Shown here in pieces: positions 46,348-56,411 of a stretch of 64,000 nt of DNA; position 1 is the stretch's first letter, and every line of letters starts with the position of its first letter. Both the position numbers and the translations under genes were made by a program. Origin of the DNA: Candidatus Latescibacterota bacterium (GTDB lineage: Bacteria > Latescibacterota > UBA2968). The stretch covers positions 1,664,001 to 1,728,000 of the forward strand of contig OZ242311.1 of the NCBI GenBank assembly GCA_965207885.1, read 5' to 3'. Below the pieces are notes generated by a model that was not told the DNA's origin, searched no databases, and saw only the letters and a program-made list of their open reading frames with translations.

Positions 46348-47640
46348 ATGGACCATATCTTTGACGCACAGGGCATACGACGTGCCGTTCTCGTTGGGAT
46401 GGCACAACGCGGTATCTCCACGCGCAGCGCCAGAGAATCTCTCGAAGAACTCGCGCGCCTGGCCACCACTGCCACCTTTGAGGTAATTGATCGCACATTG
46501 CAAAATCGCGACAAACCCGATCCAGCCACCTATATAGGTTCGGGCAAAATCGACGAACTTCGAGAAATGGCCCAAAAGAGAAATATCGACGCGATCATCT
46601 TTGACAATGACCTTTCGCCCTCGCAAATGCGCAACCTCGAAATCGATATTGGGGTACGCATCCTCGACCGTAGCCTGCTCATTCTCGATATTTTTGCTTT
46701 ACACGCACGCACACGCACCGCGCAAATTCAAGTGCAAATGGCCCACCTGCGTTATTTGCGCCCCCGCATTCGCCAGTTTAATCCCCACGCAGAACGTCGC
46801 GCAGGCCTCGGATCGGGTGAAACGCACACCGAAACCACCCGCAGGTGGATCGAACAACGCGGAAAGTCCCTCTACGACAGCCTCAAACGAGTGAGACGTC
46901 AAATGGACACAAGCCGCAAAGGGCGCAGCCATAGTTTTAACGTCGTGCTCGTTGGCTATACCAACGCGGGCAAATCCACGCTTATGCGCGGGATTTCGGG
47001 TGAAAATGTTCTGGTCGAAAATCAGCTTTTTGCCACTTTGACCAACACCACGCGCAGCGTCGATGTCCAAAGCCATCGCCCCATCTTGCTCACCGACACC
47101 GTCGGCTTTATCAACCGCTTACCGCACCACCTCTTTGCCTGCTTTCGCGCCACATTACAAGAAGCCGTACAGGCAGACCTGCTCCTTCACGTTGTCGATG
47201 CCAGCCATTCGCAATACAAAATGCAAATGATCACAGTCCGCGAAGTCCTCACAAAACTCAAAATTGATGACAAACCCGTCCTGACTGTCTATAACAAAAT
47301 GGACCTCGCGAATTCTGAACGACAAAAAGAAATTGACAAACGCTGCGCAAAAAATCCCAATGCGCTTGCAATTTCTGCGCTCGACGTCGCTAATCTCGAC
47401 GCGGTAAAAAATCGGATATGCGATTTTCTGGCTGCCGATGCGGTCACCCTAAAACTTCATGTGCCACAAAGTGAAGGCAAACTCCTCTCGCAACTTTACA
47501 CCCACAGCGAAATACTGACCCTGGATTATGAGGGCAATGACGTACACCTGCGCATTCGCCTCAATTCCAACCATGCCGAGCGTCTGCAACTGGACCGCTT
47601 CCTGTCCGCGAGCCACATACAGGCAGATGCCCCGGCTTAA
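46348..47640 (+). CDS. hflX: GTPase HflX
   Basis: EL..LA, YIGSGK, LSPSQ.RNLE, LILDIF, GYTNAGKST, LFATL, DTVGF, NKMD; start uncertain (46318 or 46348). Confidence 0.92.
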   Translation: MDHIFDAQGIRRAVLVGMAQRGISTRSARESLEELARLATTATFEVIDRTLQNRDKPDPATYIGSGKIDELREMAQKRNIDAIIFDNDLSPSQMRNLEIDIGVRILDRSLLILDIFALHARTRTAQIQVQMAHLRYLRPRIRQFNPHAERRAGLGSGETHTETTRRWIEQRGKSLYDSLKRVRRQMDTSRKGRSHSFNVVLVGYTNAGKSTLMRGISGENVLVENQLFATLTNTTRSVDVQSHRPILLTDTVGFINRLPHHLFACFRATLQEAVQADLLLHVVDASHSQYKMQMITVREVLTKLKIDDKPVLTVYNKMDLANSERQKEIDKRCAKNPNALAISALDVANLDAVKNRICDFLAADAVTLKLHVPQSEGKLLSQLYTHSEILTLDYEGNDVHLRIRLNSNHAERLQLDRFLSASHIQADAPA

Positions 47641-48416
47641 TCACTCCTCGCAATCAACGCTCTCGTCGTCGCAACGACAAGCCGCCTGGGCAATAAGCGC
47701 ACAGTAAAAGCCAGTATCTTACTCATCAACCCGTGAATAGCGACCCGCTTTCCCTTTTGCATAGCTCTATACCCGTATTTTGCCACATCGGCCCCCGTGG
47801 GCAATCCGCGCATATCGAACAAACGCGAACCCGTTGCACCTGCGGCGCGTTGAAAACCCGTCTCCGTTGCCCCTGGACACAGCGCAGTCACGCTCACACC
47901 CGTACCCTTTAACTCATTGGCAATCGCATCTGAAAACGACAACACATACGCCTTAGTCGCAAAGTACACAGCCATCCTCGGACCGGGCTGAAACGCCGCA
48001 GTCGAAGCCACATTCAAAATTCTTCCCCGACCTCTATCAATCAAATCCGGCAAAAACAACTTGGTCAAATGCGTCAAAGCGACAATATTCACCTGCAACA
48101 TATCCGCTTCGGCCAACCAATCTGTCTCCGCGTAAAAACCATAAACCCCAAATCCGGCATTATTCACCAGATAATCCACATCCCATCCCATTTCCCTGAC
48201 CCGATCATAAACCTTCTCAGCCTCGCCCGGCACGGACAAATCGGCCACAATCACCTCGGCTCTCACACCATACTTCTCCCGCACTTCTTCTGCCAGATCG
48301 TGCAACTTATCCTCGGACCGCGCCGACAAAATCACATCAATCCCATCAGCCGCAAACACCCGCGCCAATTCCAAACCAATACCACTCGACGCGCCCGTAA
48401 TCAGTGCTATTGCCAT
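47637..48416 (-). CDS. SDR family oxidoreductase
   Basis: TGASSGIG, NNAG, YFATK. Confidence 0.92.
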   Translation of the reverse strand: MAIALITGASSGIGLELARVFAADGIDVILSARSEDKLHDLAEEVREKYGVRAEVIVADLSVPGEAEKVYDRVREMGWDVDYLVNNAGFGVYGFYAETDWLAEADMLQVNIVALTHLTKLFLPDLIDRGRGRILNVASTAAFQPGPRMAVYFATKAYVLSFSDAIANELKGTGVSVTALCPGATETGFQRAAGATGSRLFDMRGLPTGADVAKYGYRAMQKGKRVAIHGLMSKILAFTVRLLPRRLVVATTRALIARSD

Positions 48417-48541
48417 AAGACCCGCCTCCTTTTACCTCAATATGCAAAAAAAATCGCGCAATTGCGAACCTAATTATCTGCTTTACAGGTGCCCCAATAA
48501 TAACTATTCTTGTTTCCCATCCCACAAACACCGAGGCAACC

Positions 48542-49570
48542 ATGAAACTATTGCAATTCGCACAACCCGAGCAGGGATCTCGCCTGGGGCTTGTCAAAGG
48601 CGACGATATCTTTGACCTCACGGCCTGTGCCCCCCACCCGGCCTCGCTTCACGACCTCTATTATCGCCACGGGGGCAACAAAAACAGTATTGAAACCACA
48701 GTAGATTCAATCAATATCCGCAATGCGCCGCGCCTCTCACTCCGCGACCTCATGGACAACACGGACGACCCCGATCAACCCCACCTCATCAGCCCGGTAA
48801 CCGCACCGGCAGATGCACCGCATAAATTGCGGATCTGGCTGGCGGGAGTCACCCACGAAGACAGCGCCAAATTGCGCGAAATCGAAGCCAAACAGGCCAC
48901 GGGTGATACCGTCAACGTCTATGATCAAAAATACCGGGAATGTGCACAGGGCGGCACGCCCGAACTCTTTGCCAAAAACGACACCGCTGCCCTCGTCGGA
49001 CACGGCGGATGTATATCGCACCCGCACAACACCCAGCGCCTCGTACCCGAAACAGAACTCGTAACCATCTATGGCCTCAATGACACAGGCCAAATTGAGC
49101 GTTTGGGCTACACTGGCGGCAATGATTACACCGACAACGGCATCGAAGCCGAAAACCCACTCAACTTACCCCAGGCCAAAAACTGGTCCCACGGCTGCGC
49201 CAGCCTCGGTCCCCTGATGGTCACCAACTCTGCTTATGACAACAGCAGCGTAGCCGTCTCTTGCGAAGTGATACGCAACAACACGCGCATAGCCTACAAA
49301 GAAGGGCATACCGGGCAAAACCATCTCAACATGCCCGACGGACTCTTTCACCTCGAACGATCGCTCTTTTCCCGCCTACCTCTTGAACCCGACACCCTGC
49401 AAATCCTCTACTGGGGCACACCCATTGTCTTTTCCGACGACGACCTCGAAAGCGGCTTGCGCGAAGGCGACCGCGTGTGCATGACCTTTGAAGGCATTGG
49501 ACCCCTCGAAAATCCCATCGTCGCTTTTCCGCAAACAAATCAACTGCAATGGCTGGATAATCACAGATGA
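48542..49570 (+). CDS. Fumarylacetoacetate hydrolase family protein (2-keto-3-deoxy sugar-acid dehydratase-like)
   Basis: IWLAGVT, PELFAK, VPETEL, GYTGGND..IEAENPLNLPQAK, SLGP. Confidence 0.75.
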   Translation: MKLLQFAQPEQGSRLGLVKGDDIFDLTACAPHPASLHDLYYRHGGNKNSIETTVDSINIRNAPRLSLRDLMDNTDDPDQPHLISPVTAPADAPHKLRIWLAGVTHEDSAKLREIEAKQATGDTVNVYDQKYRECAQGGTPELFAKNDTAALVGHGGCISHPHNTQRLVPETELVTIYGLNDTGQIERLGYTGGNDYTDNGIEAENPLNLPQAKNWSHGCASLGPLMVTNSAYDNSSVAVSCEVIRNNTRIAYKEGHTGQNHLNMPDGLFHLERSLFSRLPLEPDTLQILYWGTPIVFSDDDLESGLREGDRVCMTFEGIGPLENPIVAFPQTNQLQWLDNHR

Positions 49571-49582
49571 AAAGGAGGCACC

Positions 49583-49975
49583 ATGAACCGCTCGCTACTC
49601 ATCGCACTCATTCTCACAATCAGTTCCCTCATCTCTCTGATCGTCACCGCATCTTTCGCCCAAATTCCCGACACCTACACCAACTTAAGAGTCCTGCCCA
49701 AAGACATCAAAAAAGCGCAACTCATGCAGTACATGAAAGATTTTAGCAAAGCCTTGGGCGTGCGCTGTCACGCTTGCCACAAAGGAGAAGAAGGCCAATC
49801 CCTATCCACTTACGACTTTGCCTCAGACGAAAACCCCCGCAAAGACATCGCGCGCCTCATGATCACCATGACACAAAAAATCAACGGCGAAATCCTCAAA
49901 GACTTCAAAGAAGGACAATTCACCCAGATCACCTGCCAGACCTGTCATCGGGGACAACAAGTACCGGATGCCTGA
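49583..49975 (+). CDS. Small secreted diheme c-type cytochrome
   Basis: Signal peptide; NL.VLP, LGV.CHACH, K..AR.M..MT..IN, ITCQTCHRG; AAGGAGG RBS. Confidence 0.85.
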   Translation: MNRSLLIALILTISSLISLIVTASFAQIPDTYTNLRVLPKDIKKAQLMQYMKDFSKALGVRCHACHKGEEGQSLSTYDFASDENPRKDIARLMITMTQKINGEILKDFKEGQFTQITCQTCHRGQQVPDA

Positions 49976-50131
49976 CATCTCCTCTCCCCCGGAAGATGCG
50001 AGATGCCCTGTTTTTTCGCCATACTTTACCAACCGGTCAACTAATCATATCATTTTACTAATTAACAACATCTTACATAAATATATTTCCTTAAAATTTG
50101 CCATTCTCTCGCAAAAAAATACGCTCTACAT

Positions 50132-50160
50132 TTGACAAAATTCATTATCCCTCGTAAATT
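50132..50160 (+). promoter_or_regulatory. Sigma70 promoter of the PDH operon
   Basis: TTGACA-N17-TAAATT. Confidence 0.65.
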
Positions 50161-50242
50161 TCACACACAGAAGAGACATTTGGATAAGCGCGTATATTGT
50201 TTTTAATACTCGTCATTGCACCACAGAACAAAGGGGTTTACC

Positions 50243-52948
50243 ATGGCCGATTCTGTCGCACCAGGTACATTTCGCGATACCGATCCCATCGAAACCGAAG
50301 AATGGATCGAATCACTGGCTTATGTTCTGCAAAACGGAGGTCACGACCGCGTGCGCTATTTGCTCGACCGCCTCGAACAAGAAGCACAAAAAAGTCTGGG
50401 CGTTGACATTCCCTTCGCATCCCATACGCCTTATATCAACACCATCTCCCGCGACAAACAACTGCCCTATCCGGGCGACCGCGAAATCGAGCGCCGCATA
50501 AAAAGTCTCGTGCGCTGGAATGCCATGGCCATGGTCACCCGTGCCAACAAAGAAGCCGACGGCATTGGCGGTCACATCTCCACCTTTGCATCGGCTGCCA
50601 CGCTATATGAAGTGGGTCAAAATCACTTCTTCAAAGCGTCCAATGGCGACTACTCCGGGGACCAGGTCTTTTTTCAGGGCCATGCCTCGCCCGGCATGTA
50701 TGCCCGCGCCTTCCTCGAAGGTCGGCTGAGCACCGAACACCTCGAAAACTTCCGCCGAGAACTCCGCAATCCCGGCGGCCTATCTTCCTATCCCCACCCC
50801 TATCTCATGCCCGACTTCTGGCAATTCCCCACGGTATCCATGGGACTTGGTCCCCTCGTGGGCATCTTCCAGGCTCGCTTCAACCGATACCTCGAAGACC
50901 GCGGTCTCAAATCGACTCGCGACTCCAAAGTCTGGGTCTTCGTCGGCGACGGCGAAACAGACGAACCCGAAACCCTCGGCGCCATCAGCCTGGCCACCCG
51001 CGAACAACTCGACAACCTCATCTTTGTGATCAATTGCAACCTGCAACGCCTCGACGGTCCCGTGCGCGGCAATAGCAAAATCATCCAGGAACTCGAACAA
51101 GTCTTTCGCGGCGCTGGCTGGAATGTCATCAAAGTTATATGGGGAGACGATTGGGACGCACTACTCGAAAAAGACACTCAGGGCCTGCTTCAGGAACGCA
51201 TGGAAGAAGTCGTCGATGGTCAATACCAAAAATACACCGTCGAATCCGGCGAATACATCCGCCATGACTTTTTTGGCACCCATCCCGACCTCCTCAAAAT
51301 GGTCGAACACCTCTCGGACGAACAACTCCAAAAATTGCGTCGCGGGGGTCACGATCCCGAAAAAGTGTACGCCGCCTTCAAAGCCGCCGTGGAACACAAG
51401 GGCGCACCAACTGTTATCCTGGCCAAAACCATCAAAGGCTATGGCCTGGGCGAAGCTGGCGAAGGCCGCAACATGACCCACCAGCAAAAAAAGCTCGAAG
51501 AAGACGAAATGCGAGAATTTAAGCGGCGCTTTGACATACCCATCTCTGACAGCGAAGTGGGCAAAGCACCCTTTTATCGTCCCCCCGAAGACAGTCCTGA
51601 AATGCAGTACTTGCAACAACGCCGAAACGAACTCGGCGGATATTTGCCCGCTCGAAGCGTTCGAGCCAAACCCATTCAAGCACCCTCGCGCGAGGTATTT
51701 GACGAAGCCTTCAAAGGTACAGGCGACCGCCAGGCCTCTACGACCATGGCTTTTGCGCGTCTGTTTGCCAAACTCGCTCGCGATAAAGACATCGGCAAAC
51801 TGCTCGTTCCCATCATCCCGGACGAAGCCCGCACCTTTGGTATGGATTCCCTATTTCGGCAACTCGGCATCTACTCACACATGGGGCAGATATACGAACC
51901 CGTTGACGCGGGCAACATCAGCTACTATAGGGAAGCACAAGACGGCCAAATACTCGAAGAAGGCATCAACGAAGCCGGTGCCATGTCCTCATTCATCTGC
52001 GCTGGCACAGCTTATGCCACACACGGCGTCAACACCATCCCATTCTACATCTACTATTCCATGTTCGGATTTCAGCGCGTGGGCGACCTCATGTGGCTGG
52101 CCGGCGATATCCGCTGCAAGGGCTTTCTCTTAGGCGGAACAGCTGGACGCACCACGCTCAACGGCGAAGGTCTCCAGCACGAAGACGGACACAGCCATAT
52201 TCTCGCCTCATCTGTTCCCAACTGTATTGCCTACGACCCTGCCTATGCTTACGAGATTGCCATCATCATCCAGGACGGCATTCGACGCATGTACCAGGAA
52301 CAGGAAGATGTTTATTACTACATGACTCTGGGCAATGAAAACTACGAACACCCCCCCATGCCCAAAGGCGTTGAAGAAGGCATCGTCAAAGGCATTTATC
52401 CGCTCAAGACGCACGAAACACAACAGGGCCAGCATAAAGTTCAGCTCTTTGGCAGTGCATCCATCCTTCGCGAAACCCTGCGCGCGCAAGAAATCCTCGC
52501 CGCCGAATACAATATTTCTGCCGACGTGTGGAGCGTCACCTCATACAAAGAATTGCGGCGAGACGCGCTTGAGACCGAGCGGTGGAACATGCTGCATCCA
52601 ACGCGGCGAAAGAAAAAGCCGTATATCGTCAAAGTACTCGAAAAAACCGATGGCCCAATCGTCGCTGCCTCCGATTACATGAAAGCCCTACCCGAAATGA
52701 TCCGCCCCTGGGTACCCGAAGACATGATGGTCCTCGGCACAGATGGATTTGGACGCAGCGACACGCGCCAGGCTCTGCGTCGGCATTTTGAAGTTGACGC
52801 CGAGTGCATCGCTGTGGGCGCGCTTTACGCCCTGGCAAAACAGGGGAAAATCAAACGCGAACAGGTCGCTACAGCCATCGACGAACTCGGCATTGACCCC
52901 GAGAAAATCGATCCCGTATCAGCAGGCCCCGTCACGACGTACTATTAA
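50243..52948 (+). CDS. aceE: Pyruvate dehydrogenase E1, homodimeric type
   Basis: D.DP.ET.EW, GGHIS, QGHASPG, GDGETDEPE..NCNLQRLDGPV, GEGLQHEDGHSH. Confidence 0.97.
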   Translation: MADSVAPGTFRDTDPIETEEWIESLAYVLQNGGHDRVRYLLDRLEQEAQKSLGVDIPFASHTPYINTISRDKQLPYPGDREIERRIKSLVRWNAMAMVTRANKEADGIGGHISTFASAATLYEVGQNHFFKASNGDYSGDQVFFQGHASPGMYARAFLEGRLSTEHLENFRRELRNPGGLSSYPHPYLMPDFWQFPTVSMGLGPLVGIFQARFNRYLEDRGLKSTRDSKVWVFVGDGETDEPETLGAISLATREQLDNLIFVINCNLQRLDGPVRGNSKIIQELEQVFRGAGWNVIKVIWGDDWDALLEKDTQGLLQERMEEVVDGQYQKYTVESGEYIRHDFFGTHPDLLKMVEHLSDEQLQKLRRGGHDPEKVYAAFKAAVEHKGAPTVILAKTIKGYGLGEAGEGRNMTHQQKKLEEDEMREFKRRFDIPISDSEVGKAPFYRPPEDSPEMQYLQQRRNELGGYLPARSVRAKPIQAPSREVFDEAFKGTGDRQASTTMAFARLFAKLARDKDIGKLLVPIIPDEARTFGMDSLFRQLGIYSHMGQIYEPVDAGNISYYREAQDGQILEEGINEAGAMSSFICAGTAYATHGVNTIPFYIYYSMFGFQRVGDLMWLAGDIRCKGFLLGGTAGRTTLNGEGLQHEDGHSHILASSVPNCIAYDPAYAYEIAIIIQDGIRRMYQEQEDVYYYMTLGNENYEHPPMPKGVEEGIVKGIYPLKTHETQQGQHKVQLFGSASILRETLRAQEILAAEYNISADVWSVTSYKELRRDALETERWNMLHPTRRKKKPYIVKVLEKTDGPIVAASDYMKALPEMIRPWVPEDMMVLGTDGFGRSDTRQALRRHFEVDAECIAVGALYALAKQGKIKREQVATAIDELGIDPEKIDPVSAGPVTTYY

Positions 52949-52973
52949 CTCAATCCGCGATTAAGGAGGTCTC

Positions 52974-54239
52974 GTGGCAACCGAATTTAAACTTCCCGAT
53001 CTCGGCGAAGGTGTAGAAGCCGGCGATGTAGTCAGCGTACTTGTTGCCGAAGGCGACACTATTGAAATTGATCAGAGCGTAGTCGAGCTCGAAACCGACA
53101 AAGCCCTCGTTGAAGTACCCAGCAGTGTTGCTGGCACCATCACAAAAATACACATTAGTGCCGGAGACCGCGTACCCGTGGGCAGCTTATTGATCTCCGT
53201 TGAAGAAGGCGAACAACAAGTCACAGCGGACCCTGAGCCGGAAGCCGAAGCACCAGCTCCTGCACCAGAAGAAAAGCCCGAACCCACCGCCAGAGCACCC
53301 GAACCAACACCTCCCGCACCCAGACCACCAGCACCCACATCAAACGGCGATCCCATTCCCGCAGCGCCATCCACGCGGCGGCTCGCGCGAGAACTCGGCG
53401 TAGATCTCACCCAGATCGCTGGCTCTGGCCCCGGTGGACGCATCTCACAAGACGATATCAAAGCCGCTGTACGCGACCGGCAAACAGGTGGTATTGCGCC
53501 AACAGCACCCGTCGAATTGCCCGACTTCTCGAGATGGGGCAACATCGAACGCCAACCCCTCAGCAAAGTTCGGCAGATTATAGCAAAAAATATGAGCCAG
53601 GCCTGGCAACAGGTGGCTCATGTCACGCAATTTGATCGCGCAGACGTCACAGACCTCGAGGCATTTCGGCAGCGCAACAAAGAAAAAGCCGAAGCACTGG
53701 GTGCCAAACTGACGCCAACGGTCCTCGCGCTAAAAGCAATCATCACCGCGCTCAAGACCTTTCCGCAATTCAACGCCAGCCTCGATGCGGGGACCAATGA
53801 GATTATTCTCAAACACTACTACAACCTCGGCATCGCAGTTGACACCGAGCGCGGCTTACTCGTTCCCGTCATCAAAGACGTCGATCGCAAAGACATCCTG
53901 GAATTAGCTCTCGAACTCGGCGACATCAGCAACCGCGCGCGCACCAGCAAAATTGGCCTCGACGAACTACAAGGAGGCACATTCACCGTCACCAACCTGG
54001 GCAGCCTGGGCGTGGGCGAATTTACCCCCATCGTCAACCATCCCGAAGTTGCAATATTAGGACTCGGACGCGCCAGAGAAGAAGCCACCGTACGCGAAGG
54101 GCGCATTGAACCCCGCCTCATCATGCCTTTGGCACTATCTTATGATCACCGCGTTATCGACGGCGCCGATGGTGCGCGATTCATGCGAAAAATCGTCGAT
54201 GCGCTCGAAAACCCGGAACTCATGCTCATGGGCGGATAA
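52974..54239 (+). CDS. aceF: Dihydrolipoamide acyltransferase E2 (one lipoyl domain)
   Basis: LETDKA lipoyl motif, Pro/Ala linker, PSTRRLARELGVDL, DHRVIDG. Confidence 0.93.
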   Translation: MATEFKLPDLGEGVEAGDVVSVLVAEGDTIEIDQSVVELETDKALVEVPSSVAGTITKIHISAGDRVPVGSLLISVEEGEQQVTADPEPEAEAPAPAPEEKPEPTARAPEPTPPAPRPPAPTSNGDPIPAAPSTRRLARELGVDLTQIAGSGPGGRISQDDIKAAVRDRQTGGIAPTAPVELPDFSRWGNIERQPLSKVRQIIAKNMSQAWQQVAHVTQFDRADVTDLEAFRQRNKEKAEALGAKLTPTVLALKAIITALKTFPQFNASLDAGTNEIILKHYYNLGIAVDTERGLLVPVIKDVDRKDILELALELGDISNRARTSKIGLDELQGGTFTVTNLGSLGVGEFTPIVNHPEVAILGLGRAREEATVREGRIEPRLIMPLALSYDHRVIDGADGARFMRKIVDALENPELMLMGG

Positions 54240-54253
54240 ACTGGAGAAATCAC

Positions 54254-55666
54254 ATGGCCGAAACGCACAAAACCGATCTCCTCGTAATCGGCGGCGGTCC
54301 CGGCGGATATACAGCGGCCTTTCGCGCTGCTGACCTGGGCTTGCAAGTTACCCTCGTCAATGCCGACGACAACCTCGGTGGCACCTGTTTATTACGCGGA
54401 TGCATCCCATCCAAAGCCCTGCTCCACGTTGCCGAACTCATCACCGAAGCCAGTGAAGCCAGAACGTATGGCCTCACCTTTGGCGATCCCAAAATCGATC
54501 TGGACGCCCTGCGAGGCTGGAAAGACAACATCATCAACCGCCTCTCAACTGGACTGTCTGGCCTGGTGCGCCAGCGCAAAGTCACCCACCTGACGGGCTA
54601 CGCGCAATTTGAGAATTCGCAAAGCGCGTCTATCGAAGGCGATGGGGATATCGATCGCGTAGAATTTGAACACGCCATCATCGCCACGGGCTCACGCCCT
54701 GTCGCCCTTCCAATTTTTGCGCTCGACACACCGCGCATTTTGGACTCGACAACAGCACTCGACCTCGACGAAATACCCAAAAGCCTCCTCGTCGTAGGCG
54801 GGGGCATCATCGGCCTCGAACTCGGCAGTGTTTACGCGGCATTGGGAAGCGCCGTCACAGTCGTCGAAATGACCGACACCCTCTTGCCCGGCACCGACCC
54901 CGACCTGGTCAAACCCCTCGAAACCCGATTGCGTCAGGCATTCAGCGCCATACACACCAGCACGCGCGTCACGCATATCGAAGAAGTCAACACCGGTATT
55001 GAAGTACACTGGGAAGGCGAAGAATCGAAAACATCCGAAATATTCGACCGCGTCCTCCTCTGCATTGGCCGACGCCCAAATACAGATAATATCGGCCTTG
55101 AAAACACGGACATTGTACCCAACGATCAGGGATTCATCGAAGTCGATTCACAAATGCGTACAAACGACCCTCGCCTCTTTGCAATCGGCGACGCCGTCCC
55201 AGGTCCCGGCCTCGCCCATAAAGCCGCGCACGAAGGCAAAATCGCCGCCGAAATTCTCGCCGGTGAACCCGCGTCTTTTGACGCACTAATACCCTCAGTT
55301 GTGTACACCGATCCCGAAATTGCATGGGTGGGCCTGACCGAAACCGACGCTCTCAAACAAGACCGCAAAGTCGATATCGTGCGCTTCCCCTGGGCTGCCC
55401 TGGGCAAAGCGCATGCCATTGGGCGCATCGAAGGCCAGACCAAGCTCATTGTCGATCCCTATACCCAACGCGTACTCGGCATGGGCATCGTGGGACCAAA
55501 CGCGGGCGACCTCATCGCCGAAGGCGTGCTCGCCATTGAAATGGCTGCCGTTGCAGAAGACATTGCCCACACCATTCACCCCCACCCCTCCCTCGCCGAA
55601 TCCATCGGCATTGCCTCAGAAATCCACCTCGGCTCTGCGACCGACGTGTACATGCCCAAAAAATAA
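54254..55666 (+). CDS. lpdA: Dihydrolipoyl dehydrogenase
   Basis: GGGPGGY, GGTCLLRGCIPSK, GGGIIGLE, HPHPSLAE. Confidence 0.96.
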   Translation: MAETHKTDLLVIGGGPGGYTAAFRAADLGLQVTLVNADDNLGGTCLLRGCIPSKALLHVAELITEASEARTYGLTFGDPKIDLDALRGWKDNIINRLSTGLSGLVRQRKVTHLTGYAQFENSQSASIEGDGDIDRVEFEHAIIATGSRPVALPIFALDTPRILDSTTALDLDEIPKSLLVVGGGIIGLELGSVYAALGSAVTVVEMTDTLLPGTDPDLVKPLETRLRQAFSAIHTSTRVTHIEEVNTGIEVHWEGEESKTSEIFDRVLLCIGRRPNTDNIGLENTDIVPNDQGFIEVDSQMRTNDPRLFAIGDAVPGPGLAHKAAHEGKIAAEILAGEPASFDALIPSVVYTDPEIAWVGLTETDALKQDRKVDIVRFPWAALGKAHAIGRIEGQTKLIVDPYTQRVLGMGIVGPNAGDLIAEGVLAIEMAAVAEDIAHTIHPHPSLAESIGIASEIHLGSATDVYMPKK

Positions 55667-55678
55667 AGACAACGCGAT

Positions 55679-56083
55679 TCAGGCCATCCAGTTTTCTACA
55701 GTTAAATTTGGAACACGCCTGAATTCATTTGCATTATTGGTGACAACAATACAATCCAACGACAGCGCATGTGCAGCGATCAGAGTATCTAACGGTCCGA
55801 TTGGCTGGCCTTGCTTTTCCAAATGGCTGCGGATAAAACCGTATTGTTGTGCAGCCCGAGCATCATAAGATACAATTTGAAGCGGTACCAGAAAATGGGT
55901 CAATGCAAAGCGATTTCGATCTCTATTTTCACTCTTTTCAACACCGTATTCCAATTCGCTCAAAGTGACAGAAGAAATTCCAATATCTGCTACATCCATC
56001 ATCCGAAATTTTTGAATAATCTGGATGGGCTTTTTTTTCATTATATAGATACAGATATCAGTATCGAGCATATAACGCATCAC
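55679..56083 (-). CDS. vapC: VapC PIN toxin
   Basis: YMLDTDICIY, SELEYG, IG.LDTLIAAHA, VTNN..EF.RV. Confidence 0.92.
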   Translation of the reverse strand: MMRYMLDTDICIYIMKKKPIQIIQKFRMMDVADIGISSVTLSELEYGVEKSENRDRNRFALTHFLVPLQIVSYDARAAQQYGFIRSHLEKQGQPIGPLDTLIAAHALSLDCIVVTNNANEFRRVPNLTVENWMA

Positions 56084-56310
56084 AAATTATCTCGCGTTTG
56101 TTGTTCCGCAGGCTGATTGCGTTCTGCCATGAAATCATCGCTAAACATATCTAAGCTTTCAATAAGGGGTGCCCAGGGATCATCTCGAGGCAAAAGAACA
56201 ACCATCTTTCCCAATCGCTTGATATAGACTTCGGAGCCCTCAAAACGAAATTCCTTTGGCAAGCGAACAGCCTGACTTCTTCCATTTGCAAATAGTTTCG
56301 CCGTTTTCAT
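56080..56310 (-). CDS. vapB: VapB (AbrB-type) antitoxin
   Basis: AKLFANGRSQAVRLPKEFRF. Confidence 0.93.
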   Translation of the reverse strand: MKTAKLFANGRSQAVRLPKEFRFEGSEVYIKRLGKMVVLLPRDDPWAPLIESLDMFSDDFMAERNQPAEQQTRDNL

Positions 56311-56343
56311 ATCTATCTCCCGTCAGAGTTATTTGACACATTT

Positions 56344-56384
56344 GATATATACCGAAGTATATATCTTTTTTAATTTCATATCAA
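56344..56384 (-). promoter_or_regulatory. vapBC promoter with an overlapping palindromic operator
   Basis: Minus strand TTGATA-N17-TATACT; perfect inverted repeat GATATATAC-CGAA-GTATATATC (56344-56365) over the -10. Confidence 0.78.
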
Positions 56385-56411
56385 GAGCTATCGTGTAAAA
56401 ATCTCCTACCC

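Noticed and set aside
49583-49975. Cytochrome as evidence of phototrophy
   Set aside because: Only two hemes and no puf, bch or crt genes in the window
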